From assembly GCA_963796105.1 (NCBI GenBank), contig CAWCKJ010000007.1, positions 64,001 through 128,000 on the forward strand: DNA of 64,000 nucleotides. The letters are read 5' to 3'. Source of the stretch: a candidate division FCPU426 bacterium. GTDB taxonomy: Bacteria; Oederibacteriota; Muellerivitia; Muellerivitales; Muellerivitaceae. The notes under the pieces are model-generated. The model was not told the DNA's origin. It searched no databases and saw only the letters and a program-made list of their open reading frames with translations. Positions 33,570-43,800 of the stretch are shown here, piece after piece. Position numbers and translations under genes: made by a program. Position 1 is the stretch's first letter. Every line of letters starts with the position of its first letter.

Positions 33570-33595
33570 ATTAACCCACCCCTACCCAAAGAATT

Positions 33596-34063
33596 TAGCC
33601 ACGGATGTGCCAATCTTCCAAAAACCTTTACGGAGATTGGTACGATACCAGCCCCAATATCATCCTAATGGAAGGCTGGCATGCATGGAATTCATGGGAT
33701 TTAAAACGCATTTTGATCATGTTCTATGGTTAAGCTGACAGCCGATGGAAAAATTAATTTTTCCACGGTCTGTAGGCTTGACCATAACGCCCATCGGGCG
33801 CAAGAGCCGTGCTCTTGTCATGATCTGAGACATTTTTGAATTATTCATTGTACATTTTTCATTTTGTTCATTTTTATTCATCCCCCTGCATGCCGAACCT
33901 CATTAAAGCCTTCAATGAAAGTTCGGTATAGTGCCGATTTCCTCAAATGCTTCAGGGTTGAATCAGCACATCCCCTGAATCCGTGCCGATCATCCATAAA
34001 GATATATTGAGATCGGTACTGTACCAGCCTTCTTCTATTGCCTTATGGCAGGCTGGCACGTGG
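33596..34063. repeat. Cluster of three twin-hairpin elements (33596-33693 +, 33887-33973 -, 33983-34063 +) plus additional hairpins
   Basis: TGCCRATC-N19-GATYGGTA-N3-TACCAGCC-N20-GGCTGGCA architecture. Confidence 0.7.
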
Positions 34064-34436
34064 CAAAGACTTGTCTTGCTTAACGCCTTTTAGAATTAAA
34101 AACATCTAATTTTGTTTATCTTTGTTAACTTGATTTATTAATCGAAAAATCATGAAACTTGTCATTCAATCCCATAAATGTGCAAAAGCCTCCTTCTCCA
34201 CTATCGTCATGACAACGTCGAATAAATTGGGAATTCCCCAGGACCCGAGGGATAATTTTCTTATCTCGGCGCGTGATTGTCTTCATCCTGCCAGGACGCC
34301 GTCAATACCAAGCAAGCTTTTCCCCGCTTTGTTTCTTTAGCACCCCATGAATTTTTTGGAACAAGCTTGCTGTTTCCCGGCAACCCATTTTCATCAAGAG
34401 ATCCCAGCCACAATCATCATTCCAGGAGGAACCATC

Positions 34437-35081
34437 ATGCAAAATGAAACTACTCAATCCCCAAACGAGGTTAAACCTTTGGCCGAGAAGGGGAAAAAAG
34501 GAACCATACTGATCATGGAGGACCAGCGCGGCTTTCGCAGGGTTTACAAGGATGTCCTGGAGGCGGATGGTTACGCGGTGATTGAGAGCACCAACGGCGA
34601 GGAAGGCTGGGATATGATCCTGGCCCATAAGCCGGACCTGGTTCTTTTGGACTTGGGGCTTCCGGTGCTGGACGGATTCCAGGTCCTCGAGAAAATCCGC
34701 CGGAGCGGGCAGACCAAGGATATTCCCGTCATTATTTTCTCGGTTCTCGGGGAACCCCGGGATGTCCAAAAAGCCCTTCAAATGGGCGCCAACGACTATA
34801 CCGTCAAGGGGTTTTATACGCCCAGGCAGATCCTGAGCAAGATCCGGGATCTCCTGCACGACCGCCAGAAAAAAGCCGTGAAAAATTCCTACCGGCTCCA
34901 TATCAAGACCGGCCAGGGCAACGAGCCCCAGCTCCAGCAGGATCTAGGGATGGAAGCCGGCCTCAAGTGCGCCCAATGCCTGGTCGTCCTGGAAGCGGAA
35001 TTTTTCCCTGATTACGCCCGCTCCGACGGCCACTGGTTCGCCGCCCGCCTGGTTTGCCCCAACTGCGGAAAACCTTTTTAG
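34437..35081 (+). CDS. Response regulator receiver with C-terminal CxxC...CxxC Zn-ribbon-like domain
   Basis: MED, PDLVLLDLGLP..DG, GANDYTVK; CAQC and CPNC; AGGAGG RBS. Confidence 0.88.
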   Translation: MQNETTQSPNEVKPLAEKGKKGTILIMEDQRGFRRVYKDVLEADGYAVIESTNGEEGWDMILAHKPDLVLLDLGLPVLDGFQVLEKIRRSGQTKDIPVIIFSVLGEPRDVQKALQMGANDYTVKGFYTPRQILSKIRDLLHDRQKKAVKNSYRLHIKTGQGNEPQLQQDLGMEAGLKCAQCLVVLEAEFFPDYARSDGHWFAARLVCPNCGKPF

Positions 35082-35230
35082 GAACAAGGATATTCGGCGG
35101 ACGCAAACAAGAAAGCGGCGTCTCATGGACAACTTGGGGACGCGGGATTCAAGCGGGGGATTTCAGGGCCTTAAGTGATTCCGTTGTTAAACAACTGGAA
35201 TAAGCGGGACAATTATTTCCCCGAAGAACT

Positions 35231-35557
35231 TTAAGCGTGGGTTAATTGTTTCGTTCGATTGCCAACACCCGTCACAATTTTGAAGCGCAAACCCATAGGC
35301 GCCAATACACGCGTTAGGTTCCGGTACATGGGGTTTCCATCCTTCGAAACAATCGCGGTAATGGCTTGGCGGGACAAATGGGCTTCGCGGGCAAGCCAAG
35401 TTTTTCCTCCCATTGCTTTAGCGCAATCATTGAGGCAGGCCAGGAGAATTCCGGGATCGCCATCCTCCAAAGCGGCGTTTAAATATCCGGCCCTTTCTTT
35501 AGGATCTTTCAGCTTTTTAAGCAAATATTCCTTGTAACTTCCCGATGTTTTATCCAT
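35231..35557 (-). CDS. Addiction-module antidote protein (HigA/COG3636-like HTH)
   Basis: YLNAALEDGD, AKAMGG, LAREAHLSRQ, GNP. Confidence 0.85.
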   Translation of the reverse strand: MDKTSGSYKEYLLKKLKDPKERAGYLNAALEDGDPGILLACLNDCAKAMGGKTWLAREAHLSRQAITAIVSKDGNPMYRNLTRVLAPMGLRFKIVTGVGNRTKQLTHA

Positions 35558-35608
35558 AACGAAACCTCCATTTATCCAATGATCAATCCTTCTTTTTCCC
35601 TTTCGCTT

Positions 35609-35762
35609 CTAGGACTTTTCTCGCCTTAAAATCCGCCCAATACTCATGGGCCTTAGCGACATCACTTTCCTGCCTTTTCTTCGTTCCCCCGTGAATAGCA
35701 AAACAACCTTTTGTTCCTCAGTTAACGCGTAATAAATCCTATAACCAGGTCCGAATTCGAAT
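35609..35762 (-). pseudogene. Truncated, frameshifted RelE/HigB-like killer toxin
   Basis: FEFGPGYRIYY...VVLL, then GGTKKRQESDVAKAHEYW in another frame; 5' part cut at the transposase element IR. Confidence 0.8.
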
Positions 35763-36782
35763 AGAACATAAGGGTCAGGTCTTGTAAACGGCATTACGAA
35801 TCTTTTCCTCAAGACCCTTTTCCTCACGAATGCGTTTCTTCATCCTTGCCACCGCATGGCTTACCGCGGAGTATTTTACCCCCATCTTCTTAGCCACTTC
35901 CCCTAAACTTAATCGGCATATCTGACGCAAGGCCCATACCGCCGCTTCCCGCCCTTCGTTTTTCTGCCGGGTCGGAACCACCATATCTTTCACCATAATC
36001 CCATGCATTTTCCCGATCTTTTTCAGCGTTTCCTCGGCATCCGGCAAGCCCAATTTCTGTTGTTCCCTGTGCGCCTCATGGTGATGCTTCCCCCTAATCT
36101 TCCCTTTAATGTGCTCCTCAAAACTTTTCCCCCCCAATATGATCTGCGATGTTACTTGCTCCCATGGGCTCTCTTTCTTCCTCAAACCTTCCAACACGAA
36201 TTTCCGGTACAAACCCCGCGCCTTATGTTTCACTTTTCCAAACTGTTCCAAAAGCCATTTATTTTCCACCCATTCCGGCTCGGTCTCATAACCTGCCGTA
36301 GCCCGGTAACTGCTCCATTTCCATTCCTTCGGATGCTTGACCATCTTGGCCCGGACCGGATTCAAGACCACATACCTGCATAATTCCTTTAAATAACTAT
36401 CCTTATGGACCAAAATCGCCTTATAACGCCCCTGGTACAAATGTCCCGCGCGGTTGTGACGCCGGTTGAATCGAAGGGTATAAATTCCATTTAAGTGGCG
36501 GAGGGCTTGGGAAAGATTAGCTTCGGGGGTTTCTACCAGCAAATGGTAATGGTTATCCATCAACACCCAGGCATGAACGACCACCCCGTAAGAATCAACG
36601 GTATCCGCCAACGCCCGAATAAAAAGCCACCGGTCCTTGTCATCGCGAACGATAGGTCTTCGTTCGTTCCCGCGGGAGGTGATGTGATATACAGCGCCTG
36701 GATATTGAATTCTTAAGGGACGTGCCATTTCAGTATCTTAATCCGCCCTTATGCCGTTTTCAAGACCTGACCCTTGTGTTCT
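35763..36782 (-). mobile_element. IS-like element, copy 2: Y1/HUH transposase with TIRs
   Basis: AGAACATAAGGGTCAGGTCTTGTAAACGGCAT ... ATGCCGTTTTCAAGACCTGACCCTTGTGTTCT; 1020 bp, same length as copy 1. Confidence 0.9.
35775..36728 (-). CDS. RAYT-like Y1 tyrosine transposase, copy 2
   Basis: Same motifs as copy 1; differs at only a few residues (HEAQG/HKARG, RRK/RQK, VFKT/VYKT). Confidence 0.92.
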   Translation of the reverse strand: MARPLRIQYPGAVYHITSRGNERRPIVRDDKDRWLFIRALADTVDSYGVVVHAWVLMDNHYHLLVETPEANLSQALRHLNGIYTLRFNRRHNRAGHLYQGRYKAILVHKDSYLKELCRYVVLNPVRAKMVKHPKEWKWSSYRATAGYETEPEWVENKWLLEQFGKVKHKARGLYRKFVLEGLRKKESPWEQVTSQIILGGKSFEEHIKGKIRGKHHHEAHREQQKLGLPDAEETLKKIGKMHGIMVKDMVVPTRQKNEGREAAVWALRQICRLSLGEVAKKMGVKYSAVSHAVARMKKRIREEKGLEEKIRNAVYKT

Positions 36783-36783
36783 T

Positions 36784-37613
36784 GTCCAGCCCCGCCATGC
36801 CGGTAGCTAAAACCCTCATGCCGGTAGGTGATCCCCGCCATGCCGGTAGGCAACCACTCCATGCCGGTAGGTGATCCCCGCCATGCCGGTAGGCAACCAC
36901 TCCATGCCGGTAGTTGAATCCCCCATGCCGGTAGTCCAGCCCCGCCATGCCGGTAGCTAAAACCCTCATGCCGGTAGGCGACCCCCACCATGCCGGTAGC
37001 TGAAACCCCCATGCCGGTAGGTGATCCCCGCCATGCCGGTAGGCAACCACTCCATGCCGGTAGTTGAATCCCCCATGCCGGTAGTCCAGCCCCGCCATGC
37101 CGGTAGCTAAAACCCTCATGCCGGTAGGCGACCCCCACCATGCCGGTAGCTGAAACCCCCTGCCGGTAGTCCAGCCCCGCCATGCCGGTAGCTAAAACCC
37201 TCATGCCGGTAGTCCAGCCCCGCCATGCCGGTAGCTAAAACCCTCATGCCGGTAGTCCAGCCCCGCCATGCCGGTAGCTAAAACCCTCATGCCGGTAGGT
37301 GACCCCCACCATGCCGGTAGCTAAAACCCTCATGCCGGTAGTTGAAAGCCCCATTCCGGTAGGCGACCCCGTCCATGCCGGTAGCTGAAACCCCCATGCC
37401 GGTAGGTGATCCCCGCCATGCCGGTAGCTAAAACCCTCATGCCGGTAGGTGACCCCCGCCATGCCGGTAGTTGAAAGCCCCATTCCGGTAGGCGACCCCG
37501 GCCATGCCGGTAGCAGAAACCCTCATGCCGGTAGGCAACCTCCGCCATGCCGGTAGTTGAAAGCCTCATGCCGGTAGGCGATCCCCGCCATGCCGGTAGT
37601 CGAGACCCCGTCC
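36784..37613. repeat. Interspaced tandem array: about 38 x CATGCCGGTAG with 10-11-nt spacers (period 21-22 bp)
   Basis: Parsed by eye; recurring spacers such as TCCAGCCCCGC, CTAAAACCCT, GTGATCCCCGC, GCAACCACTC, TTGAATCCCC, CTGAAACCCC. Confidence 0.97.
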
Positions 37614-37770
37614 AATGTCGCCGGAAAACTGGCTCTCGAAAGAAGTAAGGGATTAGAGGCATTTTAAACATTGGATTTATTAGGCAACTACAAAAAAATG
37701 TCTTTTGGAGGGAAAAAGTTTGCCTGGGAATCATTTCGAATGGGAAAAGGGCCGGATTCAGGCCTATTTC

Positions 37771-38442
37771 TTAAATCTTATCGAGCAAGGACTGGAGGCC
37801 GGTAAAATCTGGCAAGATATGTTCCGCCCCGGCTTCCCGGAGGGCCGGTTCGTTCCCGCCGGAGTCGATCCCTATAAACCCCCACCCGAGGGCCTTGGCG
37901 GCCTGGATGTCCCAAATCCAATCCCCGACATAAACGACCTTCTCAAAAGTCACGCCCTTTAGGGCTTTCGTGGCTTTGGTCAGGGCCGCCAGGAGGATCC
38001 ATTCCCGGACCTTGCCGTCATCGGCTGAGGCGAAGGGGATATTCCTGGGGTCAAACCCGGCGCTTTGGAGCTTGTATCTTCCCGCGAACTCCCAATTTCC
38101 CGTCGCGATGGCGGCGGTCCAATCGGACCCGCTTAAAAGCCCCCTCAGGCACTCTTTGGCGCCCGGCATCTCCCCAAAGGGGGCATTTCCATATTCCTTC
38201 TCAAGCCAGGAAGCCATGCTCTTCTTGACCTTCTCGATATCCTGGAGCGCGCAAGGCCGTTTCAAGTCCTTTTCGAATATCTCGGAGAGAACGCCCGAAT
38301 CGGTGGAATGGGCATAAGCCGACCAGTCGTCCTTGATCGTGATCCCGAAGGTTTCCTTGAGGGCCCGGATATAGGCGATGTCGTTCCTTTTCCGGTGGTA
38401 TTGGACCAGCGTGCCATCAATGTCGAACACGGCTAATTTCAT
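37771..38442 (-). CDS. HAD-family hydrolase
   Basis: FDIDGTL, ATGN, YVGDWIWD. Confidence 0.92.
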   Translation of the reverse strand: MKLAVFDIDGTLVQYHRKRNDIAYIRALKETFGITIKDDWSAYAHSTDSGVLSEIFEKDLKRPCALQDIEKVKKSMASWLEKEYGNAPFGEMPGAKECLRGLLSGSDWTAAIATGNWEFAGRYKLQSAGFDPRNIPFASADDGKVREWILLAALTKATKALKGVTFEKVVYVGDWIWDIQAAKALGWGFIGIDSGGNEPALREAGAEHILPDFTGLQSLLDKI

Positions 38443-38566
38443 TTTTATTTAACTCTTCTAATTTTTTTGGCCGAATATCTGCGGTTTTTAATATTTCATT
38501 TCAAAGCCGTTTACGCCATATCTGATTAATTCTTTTCCGCGTCCAAGGGACGACTCGCCGCACCCC

Positions 38567-38644
38567 ATATCAGCCTTCCATAAACCTGATAGTGAGACTG
38601 GCATAGTACCGATTTCTATTACCGTTTTGTTGTAAATCGCTGCA
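38567..38644 (-). repeat. Twin-hairpin element, degenerate copy 5
   Basis: Reverse strand reads CGATTT-N18-AAATCGGTA-CTA-TGCCAGTC-N20-GGCTGATA. Confidence 0.6.
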
Positions 38645-38808
38645 GTGTAGGGCAGGGCTTAGGGCCGCCATGTGGCCTATTTCTGAAATCAGCCGGGCAT
38701 CCATCTTAAGATTACCCACATTAGAATTTTCCTTTGCCCGCTCACCGGCACCGCACGAATGAAAACCCATAGACTAAAAGCGGGGAAAGAGTCTTCGCCC
38801 AAACGAAT

Positions 38809-40731
38809 TTATTTATGGATATTCAAGTAAAAATATACCGCAATTAAAGCAGCCAAGAGAACTAGTAAGGGAATTAAATTACGCCTCTTGTTTTCGCCGT
38901 CAGCCTTCTGGCTAAGAAAATTTAACCCATTTCCTTCGCCGGTTTCTTTCTGTTTCCCCAGGCCCGCCAGTTTCCAGAATACGCAATTTAAATAAAATTT
39001 GACCCGTTTGGGGTTAACCGGATCCACAAGGAGAAGTGGGAAATCAAAAGAGCCGGTATTAGAATTCAATACTTTCCGTATCGTTTGGCCGCGGAATGAA
39101 TAATCAATGACGTACCAATCGCCCCTGCCTATACGCCCGCGCTTCCTATCAACGATCCTTCCCATTACGGGCAAGCCGTTTTTCAGGTAGTGATAGCCTG
39201 TCAACAAGTCGGGTAGCGAAAACATTAAAGGTCCAAAAAAAATCAGTAAAAATACCGTGCTCCAGGCAAGCATAAAAATTTGAAAATTGTCGTGCTCAAT
39301 GAAAGCGGCCAATACCAAGGCGATAATTCCCGCTGTGGCCGCGATACCAAAAAGCAGTTTCGGGTCAAACCACACTTTTCGCGGCGTGGACATTGCCTCT
39401 AACCGTCTCATGATTTCCAAGTTTAATTCGTTTCCTTTGATCTTTTCATCCAATCGTCCTTTTTGCCGGTTATCGCCCAGGTTCTCGTCTTCAGGCCTTT
39501 CCGGCCATACCGCAGATGATGATTCCTTGGGCGGAAACCATAAATCCGGCAAAAAAAACATTAAAAAAGACAGAACAAGGTAATCCCAGAAAAACAAGGT
39601 CTTACCAAGATCAGAAAAGCTCTTACCAAGTGTAATAATCGAACCCAAGTAAACTGGTCCCGCGAAGTAACCATAGGCCGCGGCGGCCGACAGGGCCGCT
39701 TTAAGCGGGTAGTACGCCTTCCCCCTTGTGGGTCCCTCCACGGTGATTAAACCGGCCACCAACAGGCCGACCGCCAGAAGAACAAAAAGGGCGCCGCAGC
39801 ATCTGTAAACGTCCAGCATGGAAAACCAGGGTGTTCTCATGGGCGGCTTGAATGGGGGCAGGCGCGAATAGTATTCCCGGAGGTTTTTTTCCGTTGCTTC
39901 TTTCATCGCTTTATTTGACGCCTCGGTCTCGTAATCGGCGAGCCCGATGACGGTGTAAGGGTTCTTTTCACCGTAATAATATCTCTCGGATTTGACCAAG
40001 CCGATATTTTTCGTGTAATAATTTTTAATTTTTTCGATCCAGTGGTTGTCCTTGACGTCTTTCGCCGGACCTATATTTTTAGCGTGGCCAACATTTAATG
40101 AGTCCATCAAGCGGGTGATCCTCGCGTCTTTAAGATAACATTCTTCCTCGACAATAACGCAATCCAGATAGCCGCCAGATCGATTTTTGTATTTACCATA
40201 GTAAGACTTAGCGCGGTAATAATAGTCGACGGCGAAACCATGGGCGTTTTCCTTCCATTCAACGGGATGGTTTTTTTGGGGCATCTTTAATAAATAAAAA
40301 TCATGAAATTTAAGTTTGTTAACGGAACTGTTAAAGCCTTCCCTATTACCCTCGTCAATCGCCTTCAGCTCAATTGAGTCATTCGTAAAATACAGCTCGT
40401 ATCCATTGAACATGTCTGAAAGATTAATATTGGAGAACAACGACACATAATGATGTTTCAAATCCTCCTCGGTCACATAACCGCTGTAGTTTTGATCGTC
40501 AATTTCATTGTAAAAATAAGCCTTTTGGTTTTGACCCGGATGAACTTTGTTGAAGTAGTAACTAAGAGTCTGCTTTTCCGAGTGATCCGGGGCCAAAAAC
40601 TCCGATTTTATTTCATAGCTGTTGACCGAACCAGGTACCATGGGCTGGAAATAATCCCTTGCGGCCGGGGCTTTCGCCCAGGCGTTTACGCCGGCGCTTA
40701 AAATCAATAGGGTTACAATCCACTTTTTCAA
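38809..40731 (-). CDS. Hypothetical membrane protein (secreted N-domain plus several TM helices)
   Basis: 640-aa ORF, signal peptide, multiple hydrophobic segments. Confidence 0.75.
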   Translation of the reverse strand: MKKWIVTLLILSAGVNAWAKAPAARDYFQPMVPGSVNSYEIKSEFLAPDHSEKQTLSYYFNKVHPGQNQKAYFYNEIDDQNYSGYVTEEDLKHHYVSLFSNINLSDMFNGYELYFTNDSIELKAIDEGNREGFNSSVNKLKFHDFYLLKMPQKNHPVEWKENAHGFAVDYYYRAKSYYGKYKNRSGGYLDCVIVEEECYLKDARITRLMDSLNVGHAKNIGPAKDVKDNHWIEKIKNYYTKNIGLVKSERYYYGEKNPYTVIGLADYETEASNKAMKEATEKNLREYYSRLPPFKPPMRTPWFSMLDVYRCCGALFVLLAVGLLVAGLITVEGPTRGKAYYPLKAALSAAAAYGYFAGPVYLGSIITLGKSFSDLGKTLFFWDYLVLSFLMFFLPDLWFPPKESSSAVWPERPEDENLGDNRQKGRLDEKIKGNELNLEIMRRLEAMSTPRKVWFDPKLLFGIAATAGIIALVLAAFIEHDNFQIFMLAWSTVFLLIFFGPLMFSLPDLLTGYHYLKNGLPVMGRIVDRKRGRIGRGDWYVIDYSFRGQTIRKVLNSNTGSFDFPLLLVDPVNPKRVKFYLNCVFWKLAGLGKQKETGEGNGLNFLSQKADGENKRRNLIPLLVLLAALIAVYFYLNIHK

Positions 40732-40869
40732 AAGGCCCTCTTTCCGGCGAGATAACAGCGGTTCAAACCCAATGATGATGTCTCATTGCCGATAGCGACA
40801 AATAATAATAACAGCGTCAGGAGTAGCCCTGGATTTTCGAGGCTCTCTTGAAACAATACCCCCCGTAAA

Positions 40870-43800
40870 CTACCTCAAGACCAGCCACTTGAGGATTTGC
40901 CTTTGCCCCTTCACCGTTACCGCCACGTAATAAAGCCCGTCGGCCAGGGGAACGCCGTCCTGATCCGCCAAGGGAAGGGGCAATACCTGGCTCGGGGCCA
41001 CCGGGTTGAAAGTCAAATCCAATACTTTCCTGCAAGCAACGGTGTAAATTTGCACGCGGGCTGAAACGGGTGAGGTGAGGCTCAGGCGCACTAACGTAAG
41101 GACATTTCCCTTGCAGGGGTTGGGATATAGGACGGCGCCGGAGGGGCCGCCGGGGGCGGCAGTGGCGGCGGGTGAGACCGTTGGGGTTAAGATAGGCGTG
41201 ACTGTAAATGCGCCATTTGAGGTTACGGTTGGCGTGGGGGTATTTGTAGGAGTGGAAGTGGCCACTGGGGTTATGGTCCCAGATGCCGTAAAAGTGGGTG
41301 TTTGAGAAGGGGTGAATGTGGGAGTCAGGGAAGGCGTTGGAGTAAACGTTGCCGAAGGCGTAATGGTGTTGGTTGGCGACGATGTAGGTGTTTTTGTGGC
41401 CGTCACCGTCGGGCTGGGAGTGGGCGTGAACGTGGTGGAGCAGTAAAAGGCGACCTGGTCCACCTCATAGCTGAAACTAACGCCATGCGATTCAGTGGCG
41501 AATTGTAAACCTGTCACGTCCGTGCCCGCGAAGGCGGTTGGGAGGCCCGTCTGGTAACCCCATCCCTGGGTTACCATTTGGGAAAAAGGGATCTGATAGA
41601 AGGTCCACTGGTTTTTAGGCGGGCTAAATGGATAACCGTAACTATCGTTATCGGTCACGGCTTGGCTCAGCACATTGGCGCGGTAGTTGTTGCCGTCCCC
41701 GTAAATCCAAAATTCAACTCCAATCACCCCTGCCCCGCTCAAGTTACAGGCAACCGGAGGCCAAGTCGAGCTCAAGCAGCTTTGGTAAATGCACCAGGAA
41801 GTGTTGGTGGCGGCCATCGAGCCGGAAACCTGGACGGCATATTTGGTACCCGTCGCCCCGGGCGAAACGCCATATTGAACTGTGGCGGCGGTTCCGTAGT
41901 TGTCAAATAACATGATCCATATTCCGCCCCAAAGGTTGACGCGGCCAGACGCCGTGTCACGGGTCAAGTTTTCAAAATCATCCACCATGATAGCGGGTCC
42001 GTAATTGGGCGTAGGCGTAATGGTGGGCGTGAGGGTAATGGTGGGTGTTTGGGTCGCCGTATTGGTGGGTTGGCCGGCTTTGGCGAATTGGAGGACGGTG
42101 ATGGAATAGGGCTGGAAAGTAACGGGGATATTTGAGGTAATTCCCGTCAAGGTAAAGCTGGTCGGGGCGGAATCCGGAGAGGCATGGTAGGGCGTAGTGC
42201 CGGTGGTCACCCACTGATAATTCGTGGAATTAAAGGACCAGCCGCTAGCGGTGCTGTTGGGAGTGAAAGGCAATCCCGTGATCATGGCGGCAAAGGAGTT
42301 GGAAGGATCCTTATTGACCACGGCCAGGGAGAAGACGCCGTCAGGCCGGTAGTCGGAGTAGGCCGCCAAGAGGGTGCTGGAAGCGCTGTTGGTAACCGTG
42401 GTGGAGATGAGCTGGTGGGGGTTGGTATCACCGGGGATGGCCCAGTCACTTGCCATCATCTGCATGGCCCAGTAGGTGGCGCGGGGTTGGTACTGAAAGC
42501 CGTCATTGATGTTGTTCAAATAACCAAGATCGCCATCCGTCGCGACGGTTTCTTCGTTTCCGCCGCCCAAGATATCAAAGAAGTTACTGAAGCCATGTGC
42601 GCCGAAATCGGTGATGAAGTGCCCCAGAACATCGGCCAACCAAAGGCCATTTCCTAGTTGAACCGTGAAAACGAGGTTGGGTTGGGCCGCATCCGCGTTA
42701 TATTCCGTCATCATGACCGGAACCGAAGTGGGGTTGAGGCCGGCCTCGGATAACCAGGAATGAAGTGTCGCGGGATAAGTGTCCAGGCTGCCGGCGCTGG
42801 TCAAGGCTTGGGAGGCGGAATAGGGGTTGGCGGGAGTGCCCCAATTGGGATACCAATGAAAATCGATGGCGTTAATCACGCCCGCGGCGCCACCCATGCT
42901 GACGAAATCCTGGATCATCGTGTTTCCGTCGTACAGATTGGAGGGAGCGGTAAAGCCTCCCGCCACGGGGCCCGTGATGGTGATCGTGGAATCCACCGCC
43001 TTCATGGCATTGTAATATTCGATATATCGCCTCGTGTAATCGCTCGCGTTCAGCGGGCCCCCTGTTTCCCAGGCCCCATGCATTTCATTTCCAATCTGCC
43101 AATACTTGATGCCGTAATTCATGGCCTTATTGGCGTAATATACCCAGCTGGCGGCTTCCGAAGCCGTGCCCGTGCCCATATTGACTGTGATCAAAGGAAT
43201 CGCGCGGGGGCTGAAGGAATTCACGTAGGCCATAAAGGAAGCGAAATCCCATGAAACGGTCGCGTCCTCCTCGCTGCCAGGATCCATGCTGGAAACCACT
43301 GTCCAGGTTTGGGCCGGAAGGCCGCTCGCGTCCAAAGTATCCGTGTTGCGGGTGACCTGTCCGCCGGGCCCGTAGACATAAAGTTCGGCGATAGAATAGG
43401 CGCCGCCCGCTCCCGCCGAACTGGAGGTCATTAAGATCCGCAAGTGTTCCATGCCCACCGCGCTGAAGGTTACCCCTTGGATGCCGCCCGTACTCGAAAA
43501 AGAGCCAATGGTTTGCCAATTAGATTCGGAAATGCCCTGCATGTAAGGCGGCGGATAGCCGTTAGGCCCGGCCCAATACTGGACTTGGAAAGAGGCGGCG
43601 TAGGGTGTTCCCCAGACGATGGTGACCGCGTTCACCATTGTCACCGTGTTCGAGGGATTGCCGTCCGGTCCAGTCAGGTCCAATTCCACCCATTGGTGGT
43701 TGGGGAAATTCGTGTCCATATTGGAAAGCCAAACGGCGGAAGAATCCCCATCGGTAAGGTTGGAGGGAATCCCATAAGAGGATGTGGTTCCAGTATAAAT

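Noticed and set aside
36784..37613. Calling the array a CRISPR or TIGR array
   Set aside because: The 11-bp repeat and 10-11-nt recurring spacers are too short and non-unique; only one repeat type; no cas or Tas-like gene in the window
36749..37734. Repetitive ORFs (151, 119, 79 and 134 aa) across the array
   Set aside because: The 21/22-bp period cycles through all frames; these are by-products of a stop-poor repeat, with no evident RBS or domain
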